Shown: positions 24,752 through 34,002 of the stretch, in pieces
Layout: the number at the start of each line of letters is the position of its first letter
Numbering within the stretch: position 1 is the first letter of the stretch
IMG/VR virus record: IMGVR_UViG_3300048849_000077
Location: 1 to 34,002 of that record
Strand: one strand, 5' to 3'
Source of the DNA: a virus
Lineage: Duplodnaviria; Caudoviricetes
DNA: 34,002 bases
Notes under the pieces: generated by a model
What the model was told of the DNA's origin: nothing
Seen by the model: only the letters and a program-made list of their open reading frames with translations
The model's database searches: none
Made by a program: the position numbers and the translations under genes

Positions 24752-24827
24752 TGGTGGGCCCGGAGAGACTCGAACTCCCAACCAAGCGGTTATGAGCCGC
24801 CGGCTCTAACCATTGAGCTACAGGCCC
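24752..24827 (-). tRNA. tRNA-Ile2 (CAU, lysidine type; tools may call it Met); prophage attachment site
   Basis: GGGCCTGTAGCTCAATGGTTAGAGCCGGCGGCTCATAACCGCTTGGTTGGGAGTTCGAGTCTCTCCGGGCCCACCA folds into a cloverleaf with encoded CCA; resembles ileX. Confidence 0.93.
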
Positions 24828-24879
24828 TGCCCTTTGAAGGCATGACGACTGGCGCAATGGTTCGCCGGTCGCAAGGGTC

Positions 24880-24908
24880 CGTCTAGCTCAAATTGTGAAC
24901 GCTCACAA
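24880..24908 (-). promoter_or_regulatory. Putative tRNA promoter
   Basis: TTGTGA-N17-TAGACG. Confidence 0.45.
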
Positions 24909-25021
24909 GGCCTCGCCGCAATAGGTTCACAATCACACGTCACCTAGAGGGTGTTCGGCTTTCAACTCAGGCATTTGGCCGGGATCGTCGAGGTCGAACA
25001 ACCAGTATCAAAGGAGACACA

Positions 25022-25789
25022 ATGCGCCGTTTGCCCACCGCCCCTTCTCTCGCGCCGGCTTTCCTAGCCCTTGCCCTCGGCACGGCCTTCCTCCCGCTGT
25101 CGCCGTTTTCGGCAACGGTCGCCTCTGCGCAGGAAGCCCGCACGCCGCGCGAACCGATCATCAGCGTGTCCGGTGAGGGCAAGGCCGCGGTCGCGCCCGA
25201 TATGGCGATCCTGTCGCTTGCCGTCGTGAGGCAGGCAAAGACCGCCGATGCGGCCGTCTCCGCCAACAACACGGCAATGAGCGAAGTGCTCGCCGCCATC
25301 AAGGCTGAAGGCATTGCCGATCGCGACGTCCAGACCAGCAGCTTTGCGATCTACCCGCAATATCGCCAGGTAGCCCCGAAGGACGGCATCGAGCCGCCGC
25401 AGGAAATTATCGGTTACGAAGTGTCCAACACGCTGACGCTGAAGGTGCGCGATCTCGAAAAGCTCGGCGGTCTGATCGACAAGACGGTCAAGCTCGGTGT
25501 CAACCAGGGCGGACAGATCGAGTTCACCAATACCAATACCGACGAAGTGATGACGCAGGCGCGCAAGGCAGCCGTTGCCGAAGCGCTCGCCAAGGCAAAG
25601 ACGCTGACGGAAGCTGCCGGCGTCAAGCTTGGCCGCATCATGGAGATCAGCGAGAATTCGGCACCGCCCATGGCCCCGCCGATGATGCGCATGACAATGG
25701 CAAAGGATTCCGGCAACGGCGTTCCGGTGGCGGCCGGCGAGACCAGCTACACGGTCAACGTCAATGTCGTGTTCTCCATCGATCCCTGA
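25022..25789 (+). CDS. SIMPL (DUF541, BP26-like) periplasmic protein
   Basis: Signal peptide; ISVSGEG..APD.A, IYPQY, GYEVSN, ARKAAV..A..KA..L.EAAGV.LG. Confidence 0.9.
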   Translation: MRRLPTAPSLAPAFLALALGTAFLPLSPFSATVASAQEARTPREPIISVSGEGKAAVAPDMAILSLAVVRQAKTADAAVSANNTAMSEVLAAIKAEGIADRDVQTSSFAIYPQYRQVAPKDGIEPPQEIIGYEVSNTLTLKVRDLEKLGGLIDKTVKLGVNQGGQIEFTNTNTDEVMTQARKAAVAEALAKAKTLTEAAGVKLGRIMEISENSAPPMAPPMMRMTMAKDSGNGVPVAAGETSYTVNVNVVFSIDP

Positions 25790-25807
25790 TCGGATCGCTT
25801 CAACGAC

Positions 25808-25837
25808 AAAACCCCGCCCGGCGAATGCCGGACGGGG
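25808..25837 (-). terminator. Intrinsic terminator between convergent genes
   Basis: CCCCGTCCGGC-ATTC-GCCGGGCGGGG followed by TTTT. Confidence 0.7.
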
Positions 25838-25867
25838 CTGAAGATAGACTGGGACGCTTGAGATCCG

Positions 25868-26218
25868 TTAGCGACGGATGAGCGGGCAGCCCCGCACATT
25901 GGCAAACACGACCCGGTCGCGTCCGCGGCGGTCGACGCCGACGACGGTCACGCTGCGGCGGGAGATGTCGACGACGCGGGTACGGCGCAGGCCCATCGCT
26001 TCGGCGCGACGTTCAGCCAGGCGCGGCGAGCAGCCGACGGGACGCATGTGGCGCGGGCGCTCATAGCGCGGCGGGTGGTGCGGACGCCAGTCGCGCTCAC
26101 GGTACTGTACGAATTCCGGGCCGGCGGCGGCGGCGATTGGCGCGGACGCCGAAATCCCTGTCAGGGCGATCAAGGCTGCAAGGCCGGCCTTCGCCATCAG
26201 GCGTGTGATTGTAGTCAT
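25868..26218 (-). CDS. Secreted Arg-rich hypothetical protein
   Basis: Signal peptide; CSP..A...A..MGLR...FANVRGCP; SD GGAG. Confidence 0.8.
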   Translation of the reverse strand: MTTITRLMAKAGLAALIALTGISASAPIAAAAGPEFVQYRERDWRPHHPPRYERPRHMRPVGCSPRLAERRAEAMGLRRTRVVDISRRSVTVVGVDRRGRDRVVFANVRGCPLIRR

Positions 26219-26364
26219 CTTTTGCTTCTCCTGAACCTGTCACCGGTTGTCCGGCTGTCTCGCGGCGGCCTTTCGGGCCAACGGTCAATGCAACTCTATC
26301 CAACCCAGCTGAATGCCTGCAAAACCGATCATTCAGTATGTGTTCATTTGGAAAACAACGATCA

Positions 26365-26787
26365 TCACGACGAAAGATGCAGCACGATCTCGCGCCTGTG
26401 CGGGCTGTCGCGGTGCTCGAAGAGATAGATCCCCTGCCACGTGCCAAGCACCAGCCTGCCGCCAGATACGGGAATGCCGATCGAGACTGCCGTCAGTGCC
26501 GCCTTGATATGTGCCGGCATATCATCTGGCCCTTCCATTGTATGGCTGACCCAGCCCATCGAAGGATCGTCCGAGGGGGGAACGAGGCGGGAAAGGAACG
26601 CCTTCAGATCGCTCTTCACGTCCGGATCGGCATTTTCCTGAATGATCAGCGAACAGGACGTGTGGCGAACAAAGACGGTCAGCAGGCCCTCGTCGCGCCC
26701 GGCCTGGCGCACGAAGCGTTCGGCTTCATCCGTGAACTCGTATAGCCCTTGGCCTCTGGTCGAAATCTGGATCGCGGTCTGCGCCAT
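26365..26787 (-). CDS. yjbQ: YjbQ / UPF0047 family protein
   Basis: HTSCSL.IQENADPDV, EGPDDMPAHIK, LGTWQGIYLFEHR; ATG at 26787. Confidence 0.92.
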   Translation of the reverse strand: MAQTAIQISTRGQGLYEFTDEAERFVRQAGRDEGLLTVFVRHTSCSLIIQENADPDVKSDLKAFLSRLVPPSDDPSMGWVSHTMEGPDDMPAHIKAALTAVSIGIPVSGGRLVLGTWQGIYLFEHRDSPHRREIVLHLSS

Positions 26788-26812
26788 CGAAATTCTCTTC
26801 TCTGCTTGAAGA

Positions 26813-28144
26813 TCAAAACTCGGGAAAACCGCGCTTGCGCCATTCCGAGCGCGGCACGAGGCCACCCACATTCATCGAAAACGAAACGATTTTCGTGGCA
26901 TCGGCATCGACTTCGCAGCGGAAGCTGACATCATGCCACTGGCCTTTGGCGCGAAAGCCGATATTGCGCGCCTCGAGAACCGTCCCATTGGGCAGCTTCG
27001 GTGCGGGCAAGACATCGGGATTGTAGGCGGGCGAGCCGTTCTGAAGTTGCGCGCTGAGTTCCGACGAGCAGAGCTGCCCTGCCCGAACGCCGCGCGGAAT
27101 GCCGGCCATCGCGACGGTCGCCAGCGCATCACCGGTATCGCGCGCGGAAAACAGCGTTCTGACAGGCTTGAGATCGCCGGCGGCAGTGGATGGTTTCGGC
27201 GGCGCTGGCTTTTGCGTCGGCACGGGTGCGGATGCCGGGGGCCCGGTAAAGAGCCCGGCCGACATCGCATCAGGAGACGCACCGCCGGCAGGTCCGGGCA
27301 TTCCCGACGGATCGGAGCCTGGGACACTGAGCTGCGGCGGCGTCATATTGGTCGGCACCGGCGTTTCTGCTGGCGCTCCCTCGCCCTGTCCGTCGGGACC
27401 CGCCGTCTGTGCAGGCTCCTCCGGCGCGGGCGGATCGGCATCGGTCGCAGCGGGCGCTGGCGCATCCTCCACAGCATTGCCGTCAAGCGCCTGGCGCGGA
27501 CCGCTATCCTTTTCGCCAAACTGGAACACAGGCCGCAGTGCGGACATCGGCGGCGCTGACGCCTGCTTCTCCTCCTCGGCCGGTGTCGGGCTTGCAGGCG
27601 GCGGCGGCGGTGCCGGCTGCTCGGCCTTCTGCGGTGCCTCGGGCTCTTTCGCTTCTTCCGGCGCCTTTTCTTCGGGCGGCTTTTCTTGAGGCTGCGGCTC
27701 TTCGGGCTTTGGTTCTTCAGGCTTGGGAGGCTGAGGTTCCGGCGGCTTCTGCTCCTCCGGCTTTTCGTCCTGCGCAGGGGAAGGCGGCGGAGCAGCTTCC
27801 GGTGCCGAAGCCTTGCTCGCCGAAATCACGGGGTCCTCGAGCGGATCTTCCTGAGGCTTCTGCTCGGGCGGCTTTTCCGGTGGCGGCTCTTCGGTCTTCG
27901 CCTCTTCCTTGAGGTTCAGCTCGTCAGGCTTCTTCGCTTCTTCGACCGGCTCCTGCTTGTCCTCTTCCGGCGGCGGCACAATCTCCACCTGGACGGTTTC
28001 CTCCTCGGGAACCGCATTTGTCGGCAGCGGCAATTTGACGAGGAGCGCGCCCGCGATGATCAGATGCAGAGCGACGGACGCACCCAGCGCCGTTGCGATC
28101 ACCTTCTTATGCGGGGCGGGAGACATATCCGGCATGGCTCCCAT
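26813..28144 (-). CDS. DUF930-domain Pro/Glu-rich membrane-anchored protein
   Basis: SVALH transmembrane helix, long PE/PK linker, QLCSSEL..QL...GFR..GQW....FRCEVD C-terminus. Confidence 0.8.
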   Translation of the reverse strand: MGAMPDMSPAPHKKVIATALGASVALHLIIAGALLVKLPLPTNAVPEEETVQVEIVPPPEEDKQEPVEEAKKPDELNLKEEAKTEEPPPEKPPEQKPQEDPLEDPVISASKASAPEAAPPPSPAQDEKPEEQKPPEPQPPKPEEPKPEEPQPQEKPPEEKAPEEAKEPEAPQKAEQPAPPPPPASPTPAEEEKQASAPPMSALRPVFQFGEKDSGPRQALDGNAVEDAPAPAATDADPPAPEEPAQTAGPDGQGEGAPAETPVPTNMTPPQLSVPGSDPSGMPGPAGGASPDAMSAGLFTGPPASAPVPTQKPAPPKPSTAAGDLKPVRTLFSARDTGDALATVAMAGIPRGVRAGQLCSSELSAQLQNGSPAYNPDVLPAPKLPNGTVLEARNIGFRAKGQWHDVSFRCEVDADATKIVSFSMNVGGLVPRSEWRKRGFPEF

Positions 28145-28194
28145 GTAGGATGGTTCGCGGGCATGATCGAGCCCGGCCCGATCACAACATCAAT

Positions 28195-28229
28195 AAAAAA
28201 GCCCGGCACGTCATAACGGCCGGGCTTTT
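28195..28229. terminator. rpoD terminator (bidirectional shape)
   Basis: AAAAAAGCCCGGC...GCCGGGCTTTT. Confidence 0.8.
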
Positions 28230-28248
28230 AATGGGTCTGGTCCAGCGA

Positions 28249-30300
28249 TCAGCTGTCGAGGAACGAGCGAAGCTTGCGGCTCCGGCTCGGGTGCTTCAGC
28301 TTGCGCAGCGCCTTCGCCTCGATCTGGCGGATACGTTCGCGGGTGACCGAGAACTGCTGGCCGACTTCTTCGAGCGTGTGGTCGGTGTTCATGCCGATGC
28401 CGAAGCGCATGCGAAGAACACGTTCTTCACGCGGCGTCAGCGATGCAAGAACCCGCGTCGTCGTTTCACGAAGGTTCGCCTGAATGGCGGCATCGATCGG
28501 CAGCAGCGCGTTCTTGTCCTCGATGAAGTCACCCAGATGCGAATCCTCTTCGTCACCCACGGGGGTTTCGAGCGAGATCGGCTCCTTGGCGATCTTCAGG
28601 ACCTTGCGGACCTTTTCGAGCGGCATGGCAAGCTTTTCGGCCAGCTCTTCCGGGGTCGGCTCGCGGCCGATCTCGTGCAGCATCTGGCGCGATGTCCGGA
28701 CGATCTTGTTGATCGTCTCGATCATGTGCACCGGAATACGGATCGTGCGGGCCTGGTCGGCGATCGAGCGGGTGATCGCCTGCCTGATCCACCAGGTCGC
28801 ATAGGTCGAGAACTTGTAACCGCGACGGTATTCGAACTTGTCGACGGCCTTCATCAGGCCGATATTGCCTTCCTGGATAAGGTCCAGGAACTGCAGGCCG
28901 CGGTTGGTGTATTTCTTGGCGATGGAAATCACGAGACGAAGGTTCGCCTCGACCATTTCCTTCTTGGCGATCCGCGCTTCGCGCTCGCCCTTCTGCACCA
29001 TAGACACGATCCGGCGGAATTCGGTGATCGAAATACCGGTTTCGGTGGCCAGGCTCTGGATCTCCTGACGGATATCGCGAATGGCGTTGAACTCCGCCTT
29101 GGCGAAATCCTTCCAGCCGCGTGCCGACAGATTGGCAATCGACTTCATCCAGTTCGGATCAAGCTCGGCACCCTGATACTGTTCCAGGAACGAGTCGCGC
29201 TTGACGCCGTAGGATTCAGCCAGACGCAGAAGACGACCTTCGTTCTGCATCAGACGCTTGGAGATGTCGTACAGCTGTTCGACAAGGCTTTCGACGCGGT
29301 TCTGGTTCAGCGACAGCGACTTCACTGCCGTGATCAGCTCGTCCTTCAGTTCCTTGTAGCGGCGCTCCTGAGCGGAAGACAGCGTGCCGGAGGCGGCAAG
29401 CCGCTGCTCGACCTGCTGGTCCTGAAGCTTGCGCAGCTTCTTGTAGGTATCCGCAATCGTGTCGAGCGTTTCCATGACCTGCGGGCGCAGTTCCGCTTCC
29501 ATGGCGGCAAGCGAAAGGTTCGACTCGTCGTCGTCCTCTTCCTCTTCTTCCAAGCCCTGGTCGCCGCCGACAGCGGTGATGTCGTCATCGTTGGCAGCAG
29601 AGAAACGAGCCTTGCGGGTCTTTTCCTTTTCCTCGGCAGCCTTGCGGTCCGCCTCGATCTTTTCCGGGCTCTGGAACTGTGGCGCAGCCTTCGCCTCGGG
29701 ACCCGAATAGGTCGTCTCGAGATCGATGATCTCGCGCAGCAGCGTCGTGCCTTCGTTCAGTTCGTCGCGCCAGATGATCAGCGCCTGGAACGTCAGCGGG
29801 CTTTCGCACAGACCGGCGATCATCGTCTCGCGGCCAGCCTCGATGCGCTTGGCGATCGCAATTTCGCCTTCACGCGACAGAAGCTCGACCGAGCCCATTT
29901 CGCGCAGATACATGCGCACCGGATCGTCGGTACGATCGGTGGGTTCTTTCTTCTTCGCCGTGGCAAGAGCGGTGCTGGACGTCGGGGCAAGTTCGCCGCC
30001 TTCGCTCTCTTCGCTCTCGTTGGAGTCCTCCTCCTCGGTGGTGGCCTCCTCGGCTTCTTCATCTTCAACGACGTTGATGCCCATGTCGGACAACATCGCC
30101 ATCGTGTCTTCGATCTGTTCGGAAGTGACCTCTTCGGACGGAAGAACCGAGTTGAGCTCGTCCATCGTCACGTAGCCGCGCTTCTTCGCGGCTTTGATCA
30201 TCTTCTTGACCGCGTCGTCAGAAAGATCGAGAAGCGGACCGTCGACCGAGCCTTCGCGCTCGGTATCGGCTTCTTCGTTTTCTTTGACTTTAGTTGCCAT
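28249..30300 (-). CDS. rpoD: RNA polymerase sigma-70 factor
   Basis: [43 protein letters not shown]; ATG at 30300. Confidence 0.98.
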   Translation of the reverse strand: MATKVKENEEADTEREGSVDGPLLDLSDDAVKKMIKAAKKRGYVTMDELNSVLPSEEVTSEQIEDTMAMLSDMGINVVEDEEAEEATTEEEDSNESEESEGGELAPTSSTALATAKKKEPTDRTDDPVRMYLREMGSVELLSREGEIAIAKRIEAGRETMIAGLCESPLTFQALIIWRDELNEGTTLLREIIDLETTYSGPEAKAAPQFQSPEKIEADRKAAEEKEKTRKARFSAANDDDITAVGGDQGLEEEEEDDDESNLSLAAMEAELRPQVMETLDTIADTYKKLRKLQDQQVEQRLAASGTLSSAQERRYKELKDELITAVKSLSLNQNRVESLVEQLYDISKRLMQNEGRLLRLAESYGVKRDSFLEQYQGAELDPNWMKSIANLSARGWKDFAKAEFNAIRDIRQEIQSLATETGISITEFRRIVSMVQKGEREARIAKKEMVEANLRLVISIAKKYTNRGLQFLDLIQEGNIGLMKAVDKFEYRRGYKFSTYATWWIRQAITRSIADQARTIRIPVHMIETINKIVRTSRQMLHEIGREPTPEELAEKLAMPLEKVRKVLKIAKEPISLETPVGDEEDSHLGDFIEDKNALLPIDAAIQANLRETTTRVLASLTPREERVLRMRFGIGMNTDHTLEEVGQQFSVTRERIRQIEAKALRKLKHPSRSRKLRSFLDS

Positions 30301-30410
30301 GTATGTCGTCGCTTTCCCTGAACGCCACTGCGCAGCGCTTCGTGGCCTGCGGCGGAGGGCAAAAGCCACACCAGCCGCGAATCAATATCCAACTCGTAAC
30401 GGAATGACCT

Positions 30411-30425
30411 TTAACTCCCGATTAC
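30411..30425. promoter_or_regulatory. Putative CtrA box upstream of rpoD
   Basis: TTAA-N7-TTAC, one mismatch from TTAA-N7-TTAA. Confidence 0.45.
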
Positions 30426-30837
30426 CATCGGCGACCGCTACTCGCGGGGACCGCCAGAACGAAGATGCCGAACATCGCCGCGGCGCCAGACCCACTCCAC
30501 CAATATTGCCCGAAATGGTGATTCCCACAAAATAACGCTTCGTCAAGTTCTTCCAAAGCTTGTGCCCAGGAAAAGTGGAAATTACCTTACGACCATGTCC
30601 CCGTTGGCGGTACTCCCGTCATATTGAAGCCATATGTAAGCGGTGCACAATGAAAGACAAGAGCCCGCCGCCCGGTAAAAACCCTTGGCTCTACCCGAAA
30701 TGCGCGGGATTGACGCCATTTTCCGATGCATTGCAACAATACAGTGATCAATCAAGAGCTGTATAGACCACTCCACTCGCGCTGTTAATCCATCAGGCGA
30801 CCAATTCAACACGGTTTAGTATCTGCGCAGCTCTCCT

Positions 30838-32853
30838 TTAGCCGTGACTGACGGCAGCGCCCTTGACGCGTCCTGACAGAACACCGAAGCCGTCGATGAT
30901 CGCTTCCTGGTTTTCAAGCCTGGAAATTTCATTCTGTACCTCCAGAAGTGCACGCAGCAAAATCTCGGCACGCTCGGCCTCGTCCTCGGTCATCTCCGCG
31001 AGTTCACGCTCCAGCTCGATCTTCTGCCAGCGGAGCTCCTTGTTTCTGGAATGCAGTGCCCGGGTCTGGCGGTAGGCTTGCAGCGAATCCTGCGGATCGG
31101 CCTCTTCCGTCGCCGTCCACAGTCGCGCATTGCGGATCTGCTGGTTCATCGACTTCAACAGTTCCTCAAAGCCATTCTCGCCGAGTTCCCGTTTCAGGTC
31201 CTGCACCGTCAAACCGGCACCGGCCTGCCCGACAATAGTCAGCACGCAAGACCACATCCGCTTCAGATCGCGGTTCTCGAATTCGATCGAGGCGATCTCG
31301 TCATACTCGTTGAGCAGAAGCTGCGGATGATGGACGATGGTCAGCGCCAGCACGCTTTCGCGCAGGGCCGGAAGGTCGAGATGTCCCCGCACCAGCCCCG
31401 ATCGCGTCAGGCGGTCGGAAATGCCCATTCCGCGACCCTGCTGCTGGAAAGACGATCCACCCCTTCCGCCGGCTGCACCGCCTCTGCCGGCCCCGCCGCC
31501 TTCGCGCTGCTGGTAGCTTTGACGACGATCGCCACCGCCGCCATTGCGCTGCGGCTGGAACAAGCCGTTGAGACGATCGCGCACATTCTGCTGGTAGTGA
31601 CGGCGCACACTTTCGTCGGCAATCACGGAAACGATCTGCTTGAGCCTTGCCTCGAGTTCCGCCCGCTTTTCCGGGGTCTCGAAGGCGGCACCATTGGTTT
31701 CCCGCTGCCAGACCATCTCCGCAAGCGGACGCGCCTGCGCGATCACGCCATCGAACGGCGCTCTTCCCTCGTGCTTGACGAGATCGTCCGGATCCTTGCC
31801 GTCTGGAAGCAACGCGAACCGCACCGAGCGGCCGGGCTTGATGGAGGGAAGCGCGAGATCCGCAGCACGGTTTGCAGCACGGATACCGGCACCATCGCCA
31901 TCGAAACACAGGATCGGTTCCGGCGTCATCCGCCAAAGCAGCTCCAGCTGGTTTTCGGTCAATGCCGTACCGAGCGGCGCAACTGCATTTTCGACGCCCA
32001 CCTGGCTGAGCGCGATCACATCCATATAGCCTTCCACGGCAATGATCGTGCCCGGTTCCTTCGATCCCGGCCCCGGCTGTGCCGCCCGCCTGGCGCGGGT
32101 GAAATTGTAGAGCACCTGACCCTTGTGGAAGAGTTCAGTATCCGGCGAGTTCATGTATTTGGCCGGCGCATCCGGCGCCATCGCGCGTCCACCAAAGGCA
32201 ATCACCTTGTCGCGCGACGACAGGATCGGGAACATGATGCGGTCGCGGAAATAGTCGTAGGAAACGGCAATCCCCTCGCCGTGACGCACCAGGCCGCAGG
32301 CCTCGATCTGTTCCTTCGCGACACCTTTGCCGGCAAGGAACTCCTTGAGCGCATTGCGGCTGTCCAGCGCATAGCCGAGCCGGAAATTCTCGATCGTGCG
32401 AGCCGTCAGTCCGCGGTCGCGAAGATAGGCGCGTGCCTTGGCGCCGGTTGGGCTCTGCAACTGGTCCTGAAAGAAGCGCGTCGCCATTTCCATGACGTCG
32501 AGAAGCGACATCCGCTCCCGTTCACGCTTTTCCGCCTGCGGATCGGGTTGCGGCATGGCGATACCAGCCATATCGGCGACCTGCTGGACGGCTTCTGGAA
32601 AGTTCAGCCCTTCCAGATCGGTCATGAAGCGGAAATGATCGCCCGACACGCCACAGCCGAAGCAGTGATAGCGGCCCTTGCGGTCCTCGCAGTGAAAGCT
32701 CGGGCTTTTCTCGCCATGGAACGGGCAGCAGGCCCAGAAATCGCCGCGCGCAGCATTGGTCTTCCTGCGATCCCAGGTGACACGACGGCCGATCACCGTC
32801 GAAATCGGCACCCGATCCCGGATCTCATCAAGAAAACTGTTTGAAAAGCGCAT
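30838..32853 (-). CDS. dnaG: DNA primase
   Basis: CPFHGEKSPSF...CFGC zinc finger, KYMNSP, VEGYMDV, FDGD, DPD. Confidence 0.98.
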   Translation of the reverse strand: MRFSNSFLDEIRDRVPISTVIGRRVTWDRRKTNAARGDFWACCPFHGEKSPSFHCEDRKGRYHCFGCGVSGDHFRFMTDLEGLNFPEAVQQVADMAGIAMPQPDPQAEKRERERMSLLDVMEMATRFFQDQLQSPTGAKARAYLRDRGLTARTIENFRLGYALDSRNALKEFLAGKGVAKEQIEACGLVRHGEGIAVSYDYFRDRIMFPILSSRDKVIAFGGRAMAPDAPAKYMNSPDTELFHKGQVLYNFTRARRAAQPGPGSKEPGTIIAVEGYMDVIALSQVGVENAVAPLGTALTENQLELLWRMTPEPILCFDGDGAGIRAANRAADLALPSIKPGRSVRFALLPDGKDPDDLVKHEGRAPFDGVIAQARPLAEMVWQRETNGAAFETPEKRAELEARLKQIVSVIADESVRRHYQQNVRDRLNGLFQPQRNGGGGDRRQSYQQREGGGAGRGGAAGGRGGSSFQQQGRGMGISDRLTRSGLVRGHLDLPALRESVLALTIVHHPQLLLNEYDEIASIEFENRDLKRMWSCVLTIVGQAGAGLTVQDLKRELGENGFEELLKSMNQQIRNARLWTATEEADPQDSLQAYRQTRALHSRNKELRWQKIELERELAEMTEDEAERAEILLRALLEVQNEISRLENQEAIIDGFGVLSGRVKGAAVSHG

Positions 32854-33175
32854 GTCTACCTCGCGTGCCAGAGACCATATTAATGCTCAGTGCGCAGGAA
32901 TGCCAGCCCGGCCGCAAATCATGCCCGCTATTCACAGGCCGCCGCTCCCGTGACCACCGACCCGATCAACCCACAGAAATTAACGAATTGTAACTTGCGA
33001 TACGCAGGTTCCCTGCATAGCGTTGAATCCGACAAGACGTGCCGTCAGTCGCCTCGACAGGCGGGTACGGCATCTGAGATTGCTCTTCAGGACGGCTGCC
33101 TGCAATGACTGCGGTCGATCGTCCTCTCCTACCGGTGGCATGTCCGCGGTCGGCCGATGGGAGGCGTAGAAGAGC

Positions 33176-33211
33176 AAAAGGCGGGAACTCCATGAAGGAC
33201 TTCCCGCCTTT
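33176..33211. terminator. Bidirectional intrinsic terminator downstream of yqeY
   Basis: AAAAGGCGGGAA...TTCCCGCCTTT. Confidence 0.75.
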
Positions 33212-33237
33212 CTCGTTTTATGCGTAGCGGCTAGACC

Positions 33238-33690
33238 TCAGCTCAGCTGCGCCTTGATCGTGCCGGACGCCTTGGCGAAATCCATCTGGCCGGCATAGCG
33301 TTCGCGCAGGATGGCCATCACCTTGCCCATGTCCTTCATTCCAGCAGCACCAATTTCGGCGATGACGGAAGCGACGATCTCGCTCGCCTTCTCGTCGGAA
33401 ATCTGTTCCGGCATGAAGGATTTGATGACGGCGATCTCTTCGCGTTCCTGTGCTGCAAGTTCCGGGCGGGCGTTGTCTTCGTAGATCTTCGCCGACTCCT
33501 CGCGCTGCTTCACCATCTTCTGCAGGATCTGCAGGATTTCGTCGTCAGTGGCAGCGTCCTTGCCGGTGCCGCGATTGGCGATGTCACGGTCCTTGATGGC
33601 GGTCTGGATCAGCCGCACGGTCGAAAGCCTGCGGGTTTCCTTCGCCTTCATCGCTTCCTTCATCGCTTCGGAAAGCTTGTCGCGCAACAT
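33238..33690 (-). CDS. GatB/YqeY domain protein
   Basis: MKEAMKAK, KQREES..Y....R.ELA..E, MKDMGKVM; adjacent to dnaG. Confidence 0.93.
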   Translation of the reverse strand: MLRDKLSEAMKEAMKAKETRRLSTVRLIQTAIKDRDIANRGTGKDAATDDEILQILQKMVKQREESAKIYEDNARPELAAQEREEIAVIKSFMPEQISDEKASEIVASVIAEIGAAGMKDMGKVMAILRERYAGQMDFAKASGTIKAQLS

Positions 33691-33997
33691 GGCCTGTCTC
33701 CTTGAACGTCACTCGATCCGAAGCGGACCGATCTTTTGCGACGTCATAGAACAAGCATGAACGGCGATCAAACGTTTTGCCGACACGGCAAAACTCACCG
33801 ATTGCCGGGCTTTGCGCCCAGCTTTCTCATAAACGGCAATTGACCGGCTGTTCTGCCTTGTTTATGTCGAGGACCTGCACAACAATTGGATAGTGGGCCG
33901 CAAGCGGGTTTCCGCGCGCCCTTTTCTGCGACGAGAGATGACCTCGACACCCTGTTTTCCGTTTCGGGAAACGGGCCGCTGGGGCAGAAGGATGGAT

Positions 33998-34002
33998 ATG
34001 AC
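33998..34002 (+). CDS. Start of the next gene, probably carA (partial)
   Basis: Only SD AAGGA and ATG-AC are visible; identity inferred from the usual carA-yqeY-dnaG-rpoD order in rhizobia. Confidence 0.3.

Noticed and set aside
27300-27990. Pro/Glu/Lys repeats in the DUF930 gene
   Set aside because: Ordinary low-complexity periplasmic linker, not a DNA repeat system
28093-32844. Long plus-strand ORFs (742 aa, 597 aa), and similarly 5025-6329
   Set aside because: Antisense shadows of rpoD, dnaG and the capsid gene, expected in GC-rich DNA
32980-32994. CtrA-like TTAACGAATTGTAAC upstream of dnaG
   Set aside because: Spacing and second half-site do not fit TTAA-N7-TTAA

Overview
Chromosomal window from an alphaproteobacterium of the Rhizobium/Agrobacterium type. 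Positions ~118-24751 are the right part of a lambdoid, HK97-type siphovirus prophage integrated at the 3' end of tRNA-Ile2(CAU) (24752-24827). The minus strand carries the tail, head and packaging genes, an HNH nuclease, a NusG-family antiterminator, a replication initiator with iterons, an adenine methyltransferase, a CII-like gene and cro. The plus strand carries cI, an early operon, a putative excisionase and the integrase. The right end of an IS3-family element (1-117) interrupts the tape-measure gene, so the prophage is probably defective. Right of the tRNA are ordinary host genes (SIMPL, yjbQ, DUF930, rpoD, dnaG, yqeY, probable start of carA). The most notable observations are: (i) early-region ORFs built from in-frame modules delimited by a ~22-bp repeat, one module hiding a complete antisense YkvA/DUF1232 gene; (ii) a LexA-boxed zinc-ribbon gene converging on and overlapping cI; (iii) a NusG paralog followed by a promoter, structured leader and terminator in place of Q/qut/tR'; (iv) a methyltransferase with an FtsK-gamma-like tail; (v) a structured RNA with an anti-Shine-Dalgarno loop between cro and cII. 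All calls come from reading the sequence by eye; no database searches were run.
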